Shown here piece by piece: positions 8,467-18,502 of a DNA stretch of 64,000 bases (the stretch's first letter is position 1; each line of letters begins with the position of its first letter). Under the pieces are notes generated by a model that worked only from the letters and a program-made list of their open reading frames with translations, had not been told where the DNA came from and did no database searches. Origin of the DNA: a virus. Taxonomy: Duplodnaviria > Caudoviricetes. The DNA is taken from IMG/VR virus record IMGVR_UViG_3300032038_006680, positions 1-64,000 of that record; one strand, 5' to 3'. The position numbers were made by a program, and so were the translations under genes.

Positions 8467-10197
8467 ATGATAGACAAGTCAGAAGTATTGCACAATATCA
8501 AAACGGGCTCGGACACCGACCTCTATCTTTCGAGAATCAACACCGACAAGGCTTCTGCTGATTTCACGAAGATTAAGTCGCGTGACAAAAGCTACAAGTT
8601 CCCGTACCTTACGAGAACCACTGGAAACAGCCTGAAGCCGACAACTGAATACATTCAGTCAAGCGAGCTCCGTCACGGCGGCTCTGAGTCGGCTCCGAGA
8701 CCTGGAAACACATCTGTCGAGGGAAGCATTGACCTTGAGCTTTCTCCTGTCACATTCGATGACAACCTCTGCTCGCTCTTTCAGAGTGAATGGCGTTCAT
8801 GGAAGAACGACACTGATTCAGTGACTAACCTTGACAAGATTCCCTGTGAGGACGGCAAGTTTCTTACGAGAGCCTGCAAAGAGGGAGAGACCGAAGGAAC
8901 ATACGATGAGGAGAATTACAACAACAACGAGGCTTTCAAGCCCCGTCGCCTCCTTAATGACGGTATTACCGGGCACGAGGACGGACTTCTCATCGTTCCA
9001 AAGGGAAGCGTCGTAAACGAGCTTGCGTTCGGGAAGAAAAACATCGAGTACCTTATCGCCAAGAAATACGGCGGCACTGAGGGTGAGGACCTGTACCACA
9101 TCTTCAAACGCCTTACCGTCAGCACGCTTGATCTGAGCGCGGAAATCGGTCAGATTGTCACAGGCTCGTTCGGCTTCTTGGGAGACTCAAGCTCTGACAT
9201 CCTTGACACGGCAGAGGCGAAGGAATACCTCGGCGGAGCGACATCGGCGAAATTCGAGGACGGCGTGACCACGGGAGAATCGTTCATCGACAACCTCCCT
9301 GAGAAAGCCACCGACACCGACCAGTTCACCGCCCGCGAGGGTGACTTGTGGATTAACGGGAAGAACATCACTTTCGGCCAGACACTCACTCTCAACATCG
9401 ACAAGAACATGGAGCACAAATACGCCCTGTTCGTAAAGAACGCAATCTCAAAGACATCTCAGAAGAAGGCTATCACTTCAAACCTTGACACCTATCTTGT
9501 TCCTGACGCAAAGGTTCTCTATAACCTCGCGAACAATAACAAGACATTCGAGATTCTTTTTGCGTTCGAGGACAAGGGATATATGAACGACTCGTTCAAG
9601 GATGAGGACAAGCCTGAGTTCATTTATCTCTTCCAGATTTTCAACGCGAAGGCGGAGGACAAAGACCTTTCTGCTTCGGGTGAGTCTGATTACGACATGT
9701 CGATTCCTCTCCGCTCGTTCGGCGAGAAACTTTGCCGCGTCTTCAAGATTGCCCTTCCGAAGCTCCTTGATTCAGAGGCATTTGAGGTCGTCGCTGAGGG
9801 AGAAACTGCTACTGGCGCGCCCAACGCGGTTACCTTTACCCCGAATATCCTTCTCAGTCAGGGAGAAATCCCGCTCTATGACGCAGATGAGAATCCAGGC
9901 GGGCTTAAAATCAGCGTGAAGGTTGACAATACGGAGCAGGAGTTTACCCCTGTCGTCGGCTATGAGGTTGATGACGGAGCGGGCGGCTCAAAAATCGTTG
10001 ACGCTAATGGCGACGCGGTTGCGAACGCAAATGTTATCCTTGACATCGTCAATAAGGGCGGGAACAGTGACAACTACGGACACATCACCGTCCTTACGGG
10101 TGTCACGCAGGGGGCGGCTGAGAAGAATGTCGAGGTCACTGCAAGCTGGAACGGCAAGGACTGCGTGAGCTACTTTACGGTTCCGGCCTCGGCATAA
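8467..10197 (+). CDS. Major tail tube protein with C-terminal Ig-like extension
   Basis: LTRTTGNSLKPTTEYIQSSELR, VEGSIDLELS, IVTGSFGFLG motifs of tube proteins; 576 aa with beta-rich C-terminus. Confidence 0.75.
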   Translation: MIDKSEVLHNIKTGSDTDLYLSRINTDKASADFTKIKSRDKSYKFPYLTRTTGNSLKPTTEYIQSSELRHGGSESAPRPGNTSVEGSIDLELSPVTFDDNLCSLFQSEWRSWKNDTDSVTNLDKIPCEDGKFLTRACKEGETEGTYDEENYNNNEAFKPRRLLNDGITGHEDGLLIVPKGSVVNELAFGKKNIEYLIAKKYGGTEGEDLYHIFKRLTVSTLDLSAEIGQIVTGSFGFLGDSSSDILDTAEAKEYLGGATSAKFEDGVTTGESFIDNLPEKATDTDQFTAREGDLWINGKNITFGQTLTLNIDKNMEHKYALFVKNAISKTSQKKAITSNLDTYLVPDAKVLYNLANNNKTFEILFAFEDKGYMNDSFKDEDKPEFIYLFQIFNAKAEDKDLSASGESDYDMSIPLRSFGEKLCRVFKIALPKLLDSEAFEVVAEGETATGAPNAVTFTPNILLSQGEIPLYDADENPGGLKISVKVDNTEQEFTPVVGYEVDDGAGGSKIVDANGDAVANANVILDIVNKGGNSDNYGHITVLTGVTQGAAEKNVEVTASWNGKDCVSYFTVPASA

Positions 10198-10200
10198 CAT

Positions 10201-10229
10201 TTAAGGTCTGATTTTTTAGGCAATAGGAT
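10201..10229 (+). promoter_or_regulatory. Phage promoter family copy (TTAAGG-N17-TAGGAT)
   Basis: 17-nt spacer with T-tract; upstream of tail chaperone. Confidence 0.55.
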
Positions 10230-10266
10230 ATATCCGTGATTCGTAAGGGTCACGGATATTTTTTTT
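10230..10266 (+). terminator. Intrinsic terminator after the tail tube gene
   Basis: ATATCCGTGA / TCACGGATAT 10-bp stem followed by a T run. Confidence 0.75.
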
Positions 10267-10277
10267 CAGGAGCATTT

Positions 10278-10724
10278 ATGGCAGAGAACGCAGAGAACGC
10301 AGAGAAAAAAATCGTTGACATCGAGGATTTTTTCACTATTGACAATGAGCAGGCCGGGAAATGGTTTGAGCCGAAGGTCAACGGGATTCCGTGCGGCTTT
10401 GAATTCCTCGTAACCGGCAAGAACACTGATGAGAATGTGATTGCATCGGAGCGGTATGACAAGGCACTGGCTGAGGTTGAGGATATAAAGGACAGTTTCG
10501 AGCGGACAAAGAAAAAGAAGGAACTGGACGCTAACCGCGTGGCAGATTTCGTCAACGGAATCCGAGCAGCAGGGGGCAAGGAGCTTCATTTCGGGGGCAA
10601 GCCTCTTGAGTATTCAAAGCCTTTTATCCAGCAGCTTCTCTTGAAGTCTCCTCTTATCAAGGAAGAAATCGTCAGATTTGCCATTGACACCGCAAATTTT
10701 ATCGGAAGGGAGAAAAACGCTTAA
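10278..10724 (+). CDS. Tail assembly chaperone (G-like)
   Basis: AGGAG RBS before ATG 10278; position between tube and tape measure. Confidence 0.7.
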   Translation: MAENAENAEKKIVDIEDFFTIDNEQAGKWFEPKVNGIPCGFEFLVTGKNTDENVIASERYDKALAEVEDIKDSFERTKKKKELDANRVADFVNGIRAAGGKELHFGGKPLEYSKPFIQQLLLKSPLIKEEIVRFAIDTANFIGREKNA

Positions 10725-11170
10725 AGGAAGCCGTAGAGCGTTATTTCTTCCTTTACCATTACCACCCGAAGAAGAAGAAAGTCCTTAAAAAAGGAAAGGA
10801 GACCACGGAGACTGAGTGGGTGCGTAATGTTGACGCGAGGGAGCGTCTTATAAAGCAGTTCGGCGGGAAGGATTATCGGAAGGGTTATCAGAAATTCATC
10901 GAATTCGGGGAGAAGGAGGAAAAGTGGAAGAAACTCCGTGAAATCCCCTGCCCCCCTGAATACTCGTGGATTTTCAGGCACTTCATGCAGATATGGCAGA
11001 ACGCTGAGTACGATATGGCGGGCAATGTCATATTCACATACAGGACGGTGAACGAGTATGTGGAGTGCATGAAGGTACCGCTCACCGTTGAGGACAAGAA
11101 AATGCTCTTTAAGATGAAGGGCTGGGCTTTAGGGGTTATCTCTGAGCTGAGGGAAAAAGACAAGGAGTAA
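10721..11170 (+). CDS. Tail assembly chaperone GT extension, probably reached by -1 frameshift
   Basis: The -1 frame is open from upstream of the G stop (GAG AAA AAC GCT TAA) through to 11170; no good RBS/ATG at its 5' end. Confidence 0.6.
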   Translation, partial: LKEAVERYFFLYHYHPKKKKVLKKGKETTETEWVRNVDARERLIKQFGGKDYRKGYQKFIEFGEKEEKWKKLREIPCPPEYSWIFRHFMQIWQNAEYDMAGNVIFTYRTVNEYVECMKVPLTVEDKKMLFKMKGWALGVISELREKDKE

Positions 11171-11175
11171 ATACT

Positions 11176-14100
11176 ATGGCAGAGACAGAAATAGCAGCGG
11201 GAATAGATTTAAGTGTAAATGTACAGAACGCACTTAAAGGTATTCAGGCTGTTGATAAAAGCACGGAAAATTTGGTTAAGTCTTTTCAGGATGTCTCTGC
11301 TCAGGTTGATGCCGTCATTCAGCGGATAGAGAAACTCACGACTGTAGCCTCTAAAGCAAACAGGACGGTAAATAATACTCGGAACGATTACCAGAACTCT
11401 ACCTTTACAAATCAGAACAATTTCTCAAACGCCACTTATGCCGCAACTTCTGCGACTGGTGCTTCAATGGTGTCGCCGACTGGAAGCGACAAGGCATTTA
11501 AGGATTTCCAGAAAGCGCAAATCGATGAGACGAACGCCCGTATAGAACTGACAAATGAAATCAAAGAAGACACGAAAGAGCGAAAAAGGCTCAGGAAATA
11601 CCGGGCTAATACAGAAAGAATTTCAGCCAGCGCGGCTCAGACGAAAGCTAATAAGAAGGAAGACCAGACTACGGCCGAATACATCGCAGACCGCGCGAAG
11701 CTCGCCGATGCAAAGCTTCTTAATGCTAAAGCTAATCAGGCCGGAGCCTTAAATAAGAACTGGCGGTATCAGATTGGCCGTGGCGTAACTCAGGTCGGTG
11801 ATAAGCTGAGCACTATGGGGACAGGCGGACGGATTGGCGGAGACCTGCTCAGTGTCGTCGGAAAATCAATAATCTCCCCCGCTTCGGCTGCGGGTCTTGC
11901 CATTGCCAAGCTCGGTGAGGGAGTTCTTGATTTTGCAAAAGCCGCGACGACGGCATACGCGGAGATTGAGTCGATAAAGACCCAGTTGGGCGTTGTGTTC
12001 TCTTCACAGTCGCAGGCTGATTCAATGTTCGGAGAATTGTCGGTTTACGCCACGAAATCTCCGTTCGGAGTTCAGCAGACGAGCGAGCTTGCCGTCCTCT
12101 TGAAGCAGTCGGGTGTTTATGCCTCTGACCTTCTGAGTACGCTCAAGATGATTGGTGATACGGCTGGCGGCAACATGGAGAAGATGAAGCGTATCGCAAA
12201 TAACTACGCCCAGATTATGTCTATCGGGAAAGCTTCCATGCTCGATATGCGACAGTTCGCTTATGCTGGAATACCAATTTTTGAGGCTGTGTCAAAGGAG
12301 CTGAAAGTTTCACAATCGACGCTTCGTGAGATGATTTCTGATGGAAAAGTTTCATCCGAAGTTATTGAAAAAGTATTTAAAGATTTAACAGGTGTAAATG
12401 GCATATTTAATAATGCGACTCTTCTAGGTTCAAAAACGGTAAAATCTCGTTTGCAAAACCTGTCCGATGAAAAGCAACTCGCAATGGCTTCTGTGGGTAA
12501 TTCTTTTTGGAATTTAGGAGGAACAAGCAATTCTACAAGCATCGCGAAACAGTTTCTTACATCGGCAGAAAATTTTTATAAATCTATAAATAATTTATCT
12601 TCTAATTTTGTGGATTCTCAAACTTATGCGTATGCGAAATCATCATTTTCACTTCTTGAAGACTTAAAAAAAGCATATAAACAAGCTCTCCAGGATGAAA
12701 ATCCTAAACTTGCAGAAGCTATTGGTCAACAAATAGCAATCATTCGCTCAAGTGAATTTAATGAAAGTTCTATTAGAGCTGAATTCGCAAAGCAATTTCT
12801 TAAAGACAATGGGCTTGATAATAAAAAAATTATCAGCAATGAAAATTACCTACGATTAGAAAATGAAATAATAGATATTCTAAAAAAATATGGAAAAGTT
12901 TTGGGAAATGGGGGATATAGAAATCCTAATATCTCTGAAATAAACAAATTTTTAGATACAGGAAACCTTTCTACTGCTTCAATAGCGTTAAGAGGAGCAC
13001 CACGCACTCTTTTAGATAATTTGTATTCAGAATACTCGTCTGTTATCAATAAAGGAGCCGTTAATGTATCATTATTAAATGCTGGTCAATCTGCTAATGG
13101 TAAAATAGATTTTGAAAAACTTAATAATGCTTTCGCTTATAGGGGGTCAGAACTAGAAAAAAGTATTATTTCATTTTCTGAATCTGCTGACAAATTAGGG
13201 AAAAAATCAGATTCTTTATTTTCTTTATCAGAAAAAGCAAACCAAGAATTTAAACATTCAAAAGAAGGTCAGGAGGAAGAAAAGAAAGAGAAGGAACGGA
13301 AGGATGCTGAATTAGCAGAATTTTATAATAAAATGTCATCTATGTATGACTCAAATATAAATAGGGTAAAAGCTTCGGAAATAAGAAATCTTGAATCGCT
13401 TTCGGCTTTTTATGAAAGTGGCTTTGTAGGAAAAGTGACGGCGTTAAAAGGTACAGAGGAATACCTAAGTGGAAGCGAGAATGCAGATAATGTATTAGAA
13501 ATTGAAAAAAATGTAGAAAATGTGTTACAGATTTTGTCGGCATTGAGAAAATCTGGAGATTTATCGTCGAAGGATACAGATAAAATTGAGCAGCAACTTG
13601 GCTTTATATTAAATACGATAGGTACGGGGATGTCCCCCGATGGAAAGTTTAAGGGGCTTTCAAATGGAAACGCAAGATCCTTACAAAGTTTTCTCTATGA
13701 AATAGCAGATATTGCAAACGATTTTTCAGATGATAATGTCCTGAAAAAACTTCTTGGAGATATTTTTGTAAAATATACTGAAACGGCTAGTAAACCACGC
13801 TTTGCAAGTGATGAAAAAAAAGGCAAAGACCTTCCAGACTATATTCCCCTTTGGAAACGCATCGTCGCCAACGCTACGGGCTGGGATGCGTCCCTTGTCG
13901 GCAACAGCGGCTCTGGATTCATTGATAAATACTCAAATCAGGCGGCTCGGAATGTCGTAACTGGTGGAGTACAAGGTCTTGTCTCTTCGGGAGCAATGGC
14001 AGGCGATATTTTGTCGCGGATGAGATATGACGATGAGCAGAACAAACAGGGTGTAAGGCAGATAAACTGGAAAAAGACAGAGAGCGACATGATAAAAGAT

Positions 14101-16200
14101 GCATTGTCGCTGAAGGACGGAGTGAAGATGTCGGCTTCTGCCTTGTCGGGTCTGTCAAAAGCCTTGGAGAGCCAGCTTTCCGTTTATGAGAAACTTACCG
14201 TTGACATGATAGGTGTCGGCGAAGACTGGGCTACGATTCAGAACAGCCTGAACGAGAAGTTTGCGAACAATCCTTACCTGAAAGAAGGCAATTTCCTTGA
14301 CAATGCGTTTCAGGCATCTGCTAAAAATATAGGCGGCTACTCGCTCGGATATGACTCTGAGCTTGGAATGATTGTAAAGGACAGTACGGGAGCCACAAAA
14401 GGAAGCGTAGAAGAACTTAAAAAAAGCTCTAATACTCTGAGTGGAGATTTGAAAGAATTCGTTGACTCAATAAAAGTGGATACGATTGTAGAAGCACTCG
14501 ACAATCTCCGTAAATCAACAATGAGTCTGAATGATACAGTCAGTCTCGCAAATAGTTTGGCAAACCAGAGCGTTGATTTCAGGAATCGCGCCGGACAGCT
14601 TCGCGGTGAGGCTTGGGGAAATTCAATCGGAGCCATGTCTGCCATGTCAGTATCAGCAGGAAATAGGACTGTATCAAAGGGAGCAAAAAATCTTCTCTCA
14701 GAATATATGACAGGCTTTGCAGGAAAACTCGCCAGCTACGATACGCTCGATAACGCAACTATTGATAAGATTTTTAAAGATAACGGAGGGGAATCTACTT
14801 TAGGGAAAAACCAATACGAGGCTATACGACAGGCTTCCGAAAATTTTAAGAACGCAGGATTCGATTATCAAAAACAAACTGACGCGATGAAACATCTCTT
14901 TGACGCTTTCGGAATACAGATGAAGGAGCTGATAGAAGCTGCTGAGGACGCGGCTCAGGCAGAGGAAGGAAAAAAATATTCAGACGCGGCTTCAAATGCA
15001 CTGAAAAACAATTATTTTGACTCATGGACTCAGGCAGGTAATAAATACGCATATCTGCAAAAAGGAAACTCTATCACTGAGCAGAATCTTATGACATCAC
15101 TGGGACTTGGCGATATGAGTTTTTCAAAGATGTCCGCAAATATGACACAACAGGTTTTTGCTGATAAAAAATTAAACCCAGAATCTACGCAATATGCCCA
15201 GCTTCTTAACGGATACAAAGAAGCTGGTGGAAATTTTATTAAAGATACATGGGGAGAAGGTGAATGGGGGCAATTTAATACAGAAGGTTTTAACGCAGCC
15301 ATAGATTCAGGAAACCTTGAGGAAGCACGGCGAATTATTGAAAGCATGGGCGGAAATTTCGATGAAATGACGAACAGTGTGAACAAGACGAATCTTGCTT
15401 TTGATGATATGGCTCACAGGCTCTCTGATTTAGGTGCTAATCTGGGTAATCTTCTTGAGGACTTCGCGGGTAACGCAGTGTCGTCAACTATGGAAACATG
15501 GGGCAAATCCCTTGCGGAAGGTGCGGATTCATCCAAATCTCTTATGGAGAATTTCAGACAGCTTGGCGCGGGCCTTATGCAGAATATGGGCACGATGATA
15601 ACCCAGGCAGGTCTTTCAATGGCGATTCACGCCTCTTCAAAGGGTGAGGTTCTTGCGGGATTGGCAATCGCTGCGGCAGGCGCCGGAGCTTCGTTTCTGG
15701 GAGGGTATTTATCCGCTGATAAGAGTGAAGATGAAGGTGAAGAAGATGAGTATCAAAGACTTTCAAAAATAAAGGATGACCTTGCCGACCTCTTGAAGCA
15801 GGCCCGTGAGGACGCTATTTATTACGAGAACACTCTCCGCCACAAGAACGCTATATCTGCGAACGACAGCTTCACGCAGAAAAAAGTAAACGACGCTATC
15901 ATAACGCCGTCAGGAGACATTATTTCGACACACCCGGACGATTACCTTATCGCCACCAAGACACCTCAGACCTTACTCGGAAGCGGTGCTGGTGCTCCGA
16001 CAATAAACTTCTCAGTGATAGATAAGTCAACGGGAATAAAGGTCACGCAGCAGAAATCCACTTACAACGAGAATGATAACTCGATTGACTTTACGGCAAT
16101 AATCGAGAGCAAGGTGAACGAGATTATCGCAAGCTCTAAGGGTGACGATGCCTTTGCCGCACGGGAAGCCCGGCTGAGAGGAAGGAGCGTCATAGCTTAA
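11176..16200 (+). CDS. Tape measure protein
   Basis: 1674 aa, helical; ATKSPFGVQQ...IGDTAGG...YAQIMSIGKASMLDMRQFAYAGIPIF tape-measure motif; C-terminal hydrophobic Ala/Gly helices. Confidence 0.9.
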   Translation: MAETEIAAGIDLSVNVQNALKGIQAVDKSTENLVKSFQDVSAQVDAVIQRIEKLTTVASKANRTVNNTRNDYQNSTFTNQNNFSNATYAATSATGASMVSPTGSDKAFKDFQKAQIDETNARIELTNEIKEDTKERKRLRKYRANTERISASAAQTKANKKEDQTTAEYIADRAKLADAKLLNAKANQAGALNKNWRYQIGRGVTQVGDKLSTMGTGGRIGGDLLSVVGKSIISPASAAGLAIAKLGEGVLDFAKAATTAYAEIESIKTQLGVVFSSQSQADSMFGELSVYATKSPFGVQQTSELAVLLKQSGVYASDLLSTLKMIGDTAGGNMEKMKRIANNYAQIMSIGKASMLDMRQFAYAGIPIFEAVSKELKVSQSTLREMISDGKVSSEVIEKVFKDLTGVNGIFNNATLLGSKTVKSRLQNLSDEKQLAMASVGNSFWNLGGTSNSTSIAKQFLTSAENFYKSINNLSSNFVDSQTYAYAKSSFSLLEDLKKAYKQALQDENPKLAEAIGQQIAIIRSSEFNESSIRAEFAKQFLKDNGLDNKKIISNENYLRLENEIIDILKKYGKVLGNGGYRNPNISEINKFLDTGNLSTASIALRGAPRTLLDNLYSEYSSVINKGAVNVSLLNAGQSANGKIDFEKLNNAFAYRGSELEKSIISFSESADKLGKKSDSLFSLSEKANQEFKHSKEGQEEEKKEKERKDAELAEFYNKMSSMYDSNINRVKASEIRNLESLSAFYESGFVGKVTALKGTEEYLSGSENADNVLEIEKNVENVLQILSALRKSGDLSSKDTDKIEQQLGFILNTIGTGMSPDGKFKGLSNGNARSLQSFLYEIADIANDFSDDNVLKKLLGDIFVKYTETASKPRFASDEKKGKDLPDYIPLWKRIVANATGWDASLVGNSGSGFIDKYSNQAARNVVTGGVQGLVSSGAMAGDILSRMRYDDEQNKQGVRQINWKKTESDMIKDALSLKDGVKMSASALSGLSKALESQLSVYEKLTVDMIGVGEDWATIQNSLNEKFANNPYLKEGNFLDNAFQASAKNIGGYSLGYDSELGMIVKDSTGATKGSVEELKKSSNTLSGDLKEFVDSIKVDTIVEALDNLRKSTMSLNDTVSLANSLANQSVDFRNRAGQLRGEAWGNSIGAMSAMSVSAGNRTVSKGAKNLLSEYMTGFAGKLASYDTLDNATIDKIFKDNGGESTLGKNQYEAIRQASENFKNAGFDYQKQTDAMKHLFDAFGIQMKELIEAAEDAAQAEEGKKYSDAASNALKNNYFDSWTQAGNKYAYLQKGNSITEQNLMTSLGLGDMSFSKMSANMTQQVFADKKLNPESTQYAQLLNGYKEAGGNFIKDTWGEGEWGQFNTEGFNAAIDSGNLEEARRIIESMGGNFDEMTNSVNKTNLAFDDMAHRLSDLGANLGNLLEDFAGNAVSSTMETWGKSLAEGADSSKSLMENFRQLGAGLMQNMGTMITQAGLSMAIHASSKGEVLAGLAIAAAGAGASFLGGYLSADKSEDEGEEDEYQRLSKIKDDLADLLKQAREDAIYYENTLRHKNAISANDSFTQKKVNDAIITPSGDIISTHPDDYLIATKTPQTLLGSGAGAPTINFSVIDKSTGIKVTQQKSTYNENDNSIDFTAIIESKVNEIIASSKGDDAFAAREARLRGRSVIA

Positions 16201-17144
16201 TGAAAAGCATAGTTCGTCTTGAAGACTTAGACCCTGCTGACTTTATCATAAAATGGCGTATGACGGAGATATGTAATCTGAAATGTTCCTATTGCATAAG
16301 AGGCTGGCGAGAAAACAGAGAATTTGATAGGGAAATACTTTCTGCACAGGAGAAAAGACTCTGTGAGGTTGCGGAAAAGCTATCCTCTATTCTCGATAAA
16401 ACGAGATTTAATAATATAAAGATTGACCTTATAGGTGGCGAAGTGACTTTACTTGATTTAAAGGGAATACTGTCACATTTGGCCACAAAGAAAATTACAA
16501 AAATACAGGTTACGACTAATTTTATGAGAGACGCTGATTATTACGCTTCTCTCGCCGTTTATCTGAAAGAGCGCGGTATATCACTGTCAATGACGGCCTC
16601 TTTCCATTATGAGTTTCAGTCATTTGAAAAATACTTTGAGAAAGTCTGTAAGGTAAAAGACAAGGTGGGTATTTTTACTGCGGAAATCGTCTCAAATGAA
16701 AAGAATCAGCCTTTATGCAGAAGATTTCAGGCGAAGTGCAAGGAACTTGGAATAAATTATATGATAGAGGCTGATTTAAGGAATTCTTCTAAAACAGCGA
16801 GGGAAAAAGGGTTTTTAGTTGACGGCAATAAACCGTCTAATATTCCCAGATACAAAGCGATATTTACAGATAACACTCAAAAATTTTATACGACGCGAAA
16901 CCAGTTTCTTACAGATAAAAACATCATAGAAAACTCTGACTTAAAATATATGAAAACTAAAGGATATTACTGTACTAATACCAGCGATTTCTTTTACCTC
17001 GATTTTGACATGGCTGTGGGAAGAACCGAACAGAGCGACTCCTGTACGAACCGTATGCCGATAGAAGATTTTAAGGTGCTTCCGCCAAGAAAATGCCCTC
17101 ATAACAAATGCTCTCTTTGCGGACACATGAGCCTATGGCGGTGA
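16200..17144 (+). CDS. Radical SAM protein (paralog of 2747-3577)
   Basis: CNLKCSYC, LIGGEV, VTTNF, TASFH, C-terminal C...C...CPHNKCSLC. Confidence 0.85.
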   Translation: MKSIVRLEDLDPADFIIKWRMTEICNLKCSYCIRGWRENREFDREILSAQEKRLCEVAEKLSSILDKTRFNNIKIDLIGGEVTLLDLKGILSHLATKKITKIQVTTNFMRDADYYASLAVYLKERGISLSMTASFHYEFQSFEKYFEKVCKVKDKVGIFTAEIVSNEKNQPLCRRFQAKCKELGINYMIEADLRNSSKTAREKGFLVDGNKPSNIPRYKAIFTDNTQKFYTTRNQFLTDKNIIENSDLKYMKTKGYYCTNTSDFFYLDFDMAVGRTEQSDSCTNRMPIEDFKVLPPRKCPHNKCSLCGHMSLWR

Positions 17145-17145
17145 T

Positions 17146-17174
17146 TTAAGCGAATATTTTTTCTGCCATATCAT
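17146..17174 (+). promoter_or_regulatory. Phage promoter family copy (TTAAGC-N17-TATCAT), predicted leaderless
   Basis: ATG 17181 is the 7th base after the -10; no SD upstream. Confidence 0.7.
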
Positions 17175-17180
17175 CTCGTT

Positions 17181-17954
17181 ATGGCTTATGTCGGCTGGGC
17201 TACGAATGTAAACAAGATAATCCTTGACTCTACAACAATCACTGTCGGAGATGGTGCGACTATTCAGGACTCACTTGAAACGGGCGGTCAGAAAAAATCA
17301 CGGCTCGTTTCTGCCAATCCAAGTGATAAATTTTCCGTCACTATGGCTTTTAATTGCGTTGAAAAAGATGTGGACGGTGACGGCAAGTGGGTCGGAGACG
17401 GGCTTACCGAATACGAGCGTTTTATGGCCTGGTTTAAATACCAGCATTGTTATGGCACGAATCCGTTTATGTTCCCCGCGATACTCATAAATTCAAATCG
17501 CCAGCAGGGAATGTCTCAGGAAGATGTCGAGCATGTCATCAACAGGATAGCCAACGGTGACACAACGGCGAAGCTCCCTGATTACGAGTATTACAGAATC
17601 ACATCTGCGGCCGAGGGCAGTAAGAGCGGCCTGCATCAGCAGGTGACTATGACATGGGAGACTTATGCCACGGGAGCTTTCACTATTCCCGATGACATCT
17701 CGGCGATCAATAACATCACGGCAGAAAACGGCTGTGTAGATGTCGTGCTTACCTCTGCCCCTTCCACAGAACCAACGATAGACACTTGGACTCTTATGAT
17801 AACGCCTCCCGGCGGAACGGAGGCTCAGGAACAGGTCTTGTTCTGTATCTTTGACGGAGACCTGACCGCAAAACTTTACTTTGAAAAAAAAACAGGGACG
17901 GTTGGAACCTATATTGCCCGTATAGGTGATTTTACGGCGAGCTTTACGGTTTAG
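17181..17954 (+). CDS. Distal tail / minor tail protein
   Basis: Position after TMP; SLETGGQKKSRL, FSVTM, F.AWF...YG.NPF pattern of lambda M-like/Dit proteins. Confidence 0.6.
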   Translation: MAYVGWATNVNKIILDSTTITVGDGATIQDSLETGGQKKSRLVSANPSDKFSVTMAFNCVEKDVDGDGKWVGDGLTEYERFMAWFKYQHCYGTNPFMFPAILINSNRQQGMSQEDVEHVINRIANGDTTAKLPDYEYYRITSAAEGSKSGLHQQVTMTWETYATGAFTIPDDISAINNITAENGCVDVVLTSAPSTEPTIDTWTLMITPPGGTEAQEQVLFCIFDGDLTAKLYFEKKTGTVGTYIARIGDFTASFTV

Positions 17955-17962
17955 GAGATTTT

Positions 17963-18502
17963 ATGAACGAGAAAAACATTCAGACGATAGCAATGGAAGA
18001 AATATGGGCAAGGACAACGGACGGGCATATTCCCGTCCTTCTTGAGATTTATAACCCTGACATAAAGTGGGACGATGGTTCCGTTGAGCAGGAGAATATG
18101 TATCTCAGGGTTATAGACGACTCAAATCCTGTCGTTTACAAAGGAAAGAAGTACCTGCCTGCCAGCTTTGAGTTCACGCCTCCCGAAGAGGACGGAAAAA
18201 CAGTCGGACAGGCATCGATAACCCTGTCCGCGATAGATTCCCGCGTGGTCCAGATGCTCCGTTCTATAGAGTTGCAATGTGAAGTCACTGTAATGGCGGC
18301 TTTCGCAAAGCTCGTCAATGAGAACGGAAAGACGACTTTCAGGTTCTATCCCCTTGACCAGATAAAAACCCGTATGCCGTCAGCGACTTACAACCGCACG
18401 ACGGCTCAGCTGAGCCTCGTCTATAAAGATGTTTTGAAGCTGAATGTCCCAAGAGACAAGGCAACCAAAAATCAGCTTTCGTCGGTGAGTGAGAATGGCT
18501 GA
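17963..18502 (+). CDS. Tail tip protein, DUF1833-like
   Basis: VLLEI, LRVIDD, YLPASFEFTPPEE, ASITLSAID pattern. Confidence 0.65.
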   Translation: MNEKNIQTIAMEEIWARTTDGHIPVLLEIYNPDIKWDDGSVEQENMYLRVIDDSNPVVYKGKKYLPASFEFTPPEEDGKTVGQASITLSAIDSRVVQMLRSIELQCEVTVMAAFAKLVNENGKTTFRFYPLDQIKTRMPSATYNRTTAQLSLVYKDVLKLNVPRDKATKNQLSSVSENG

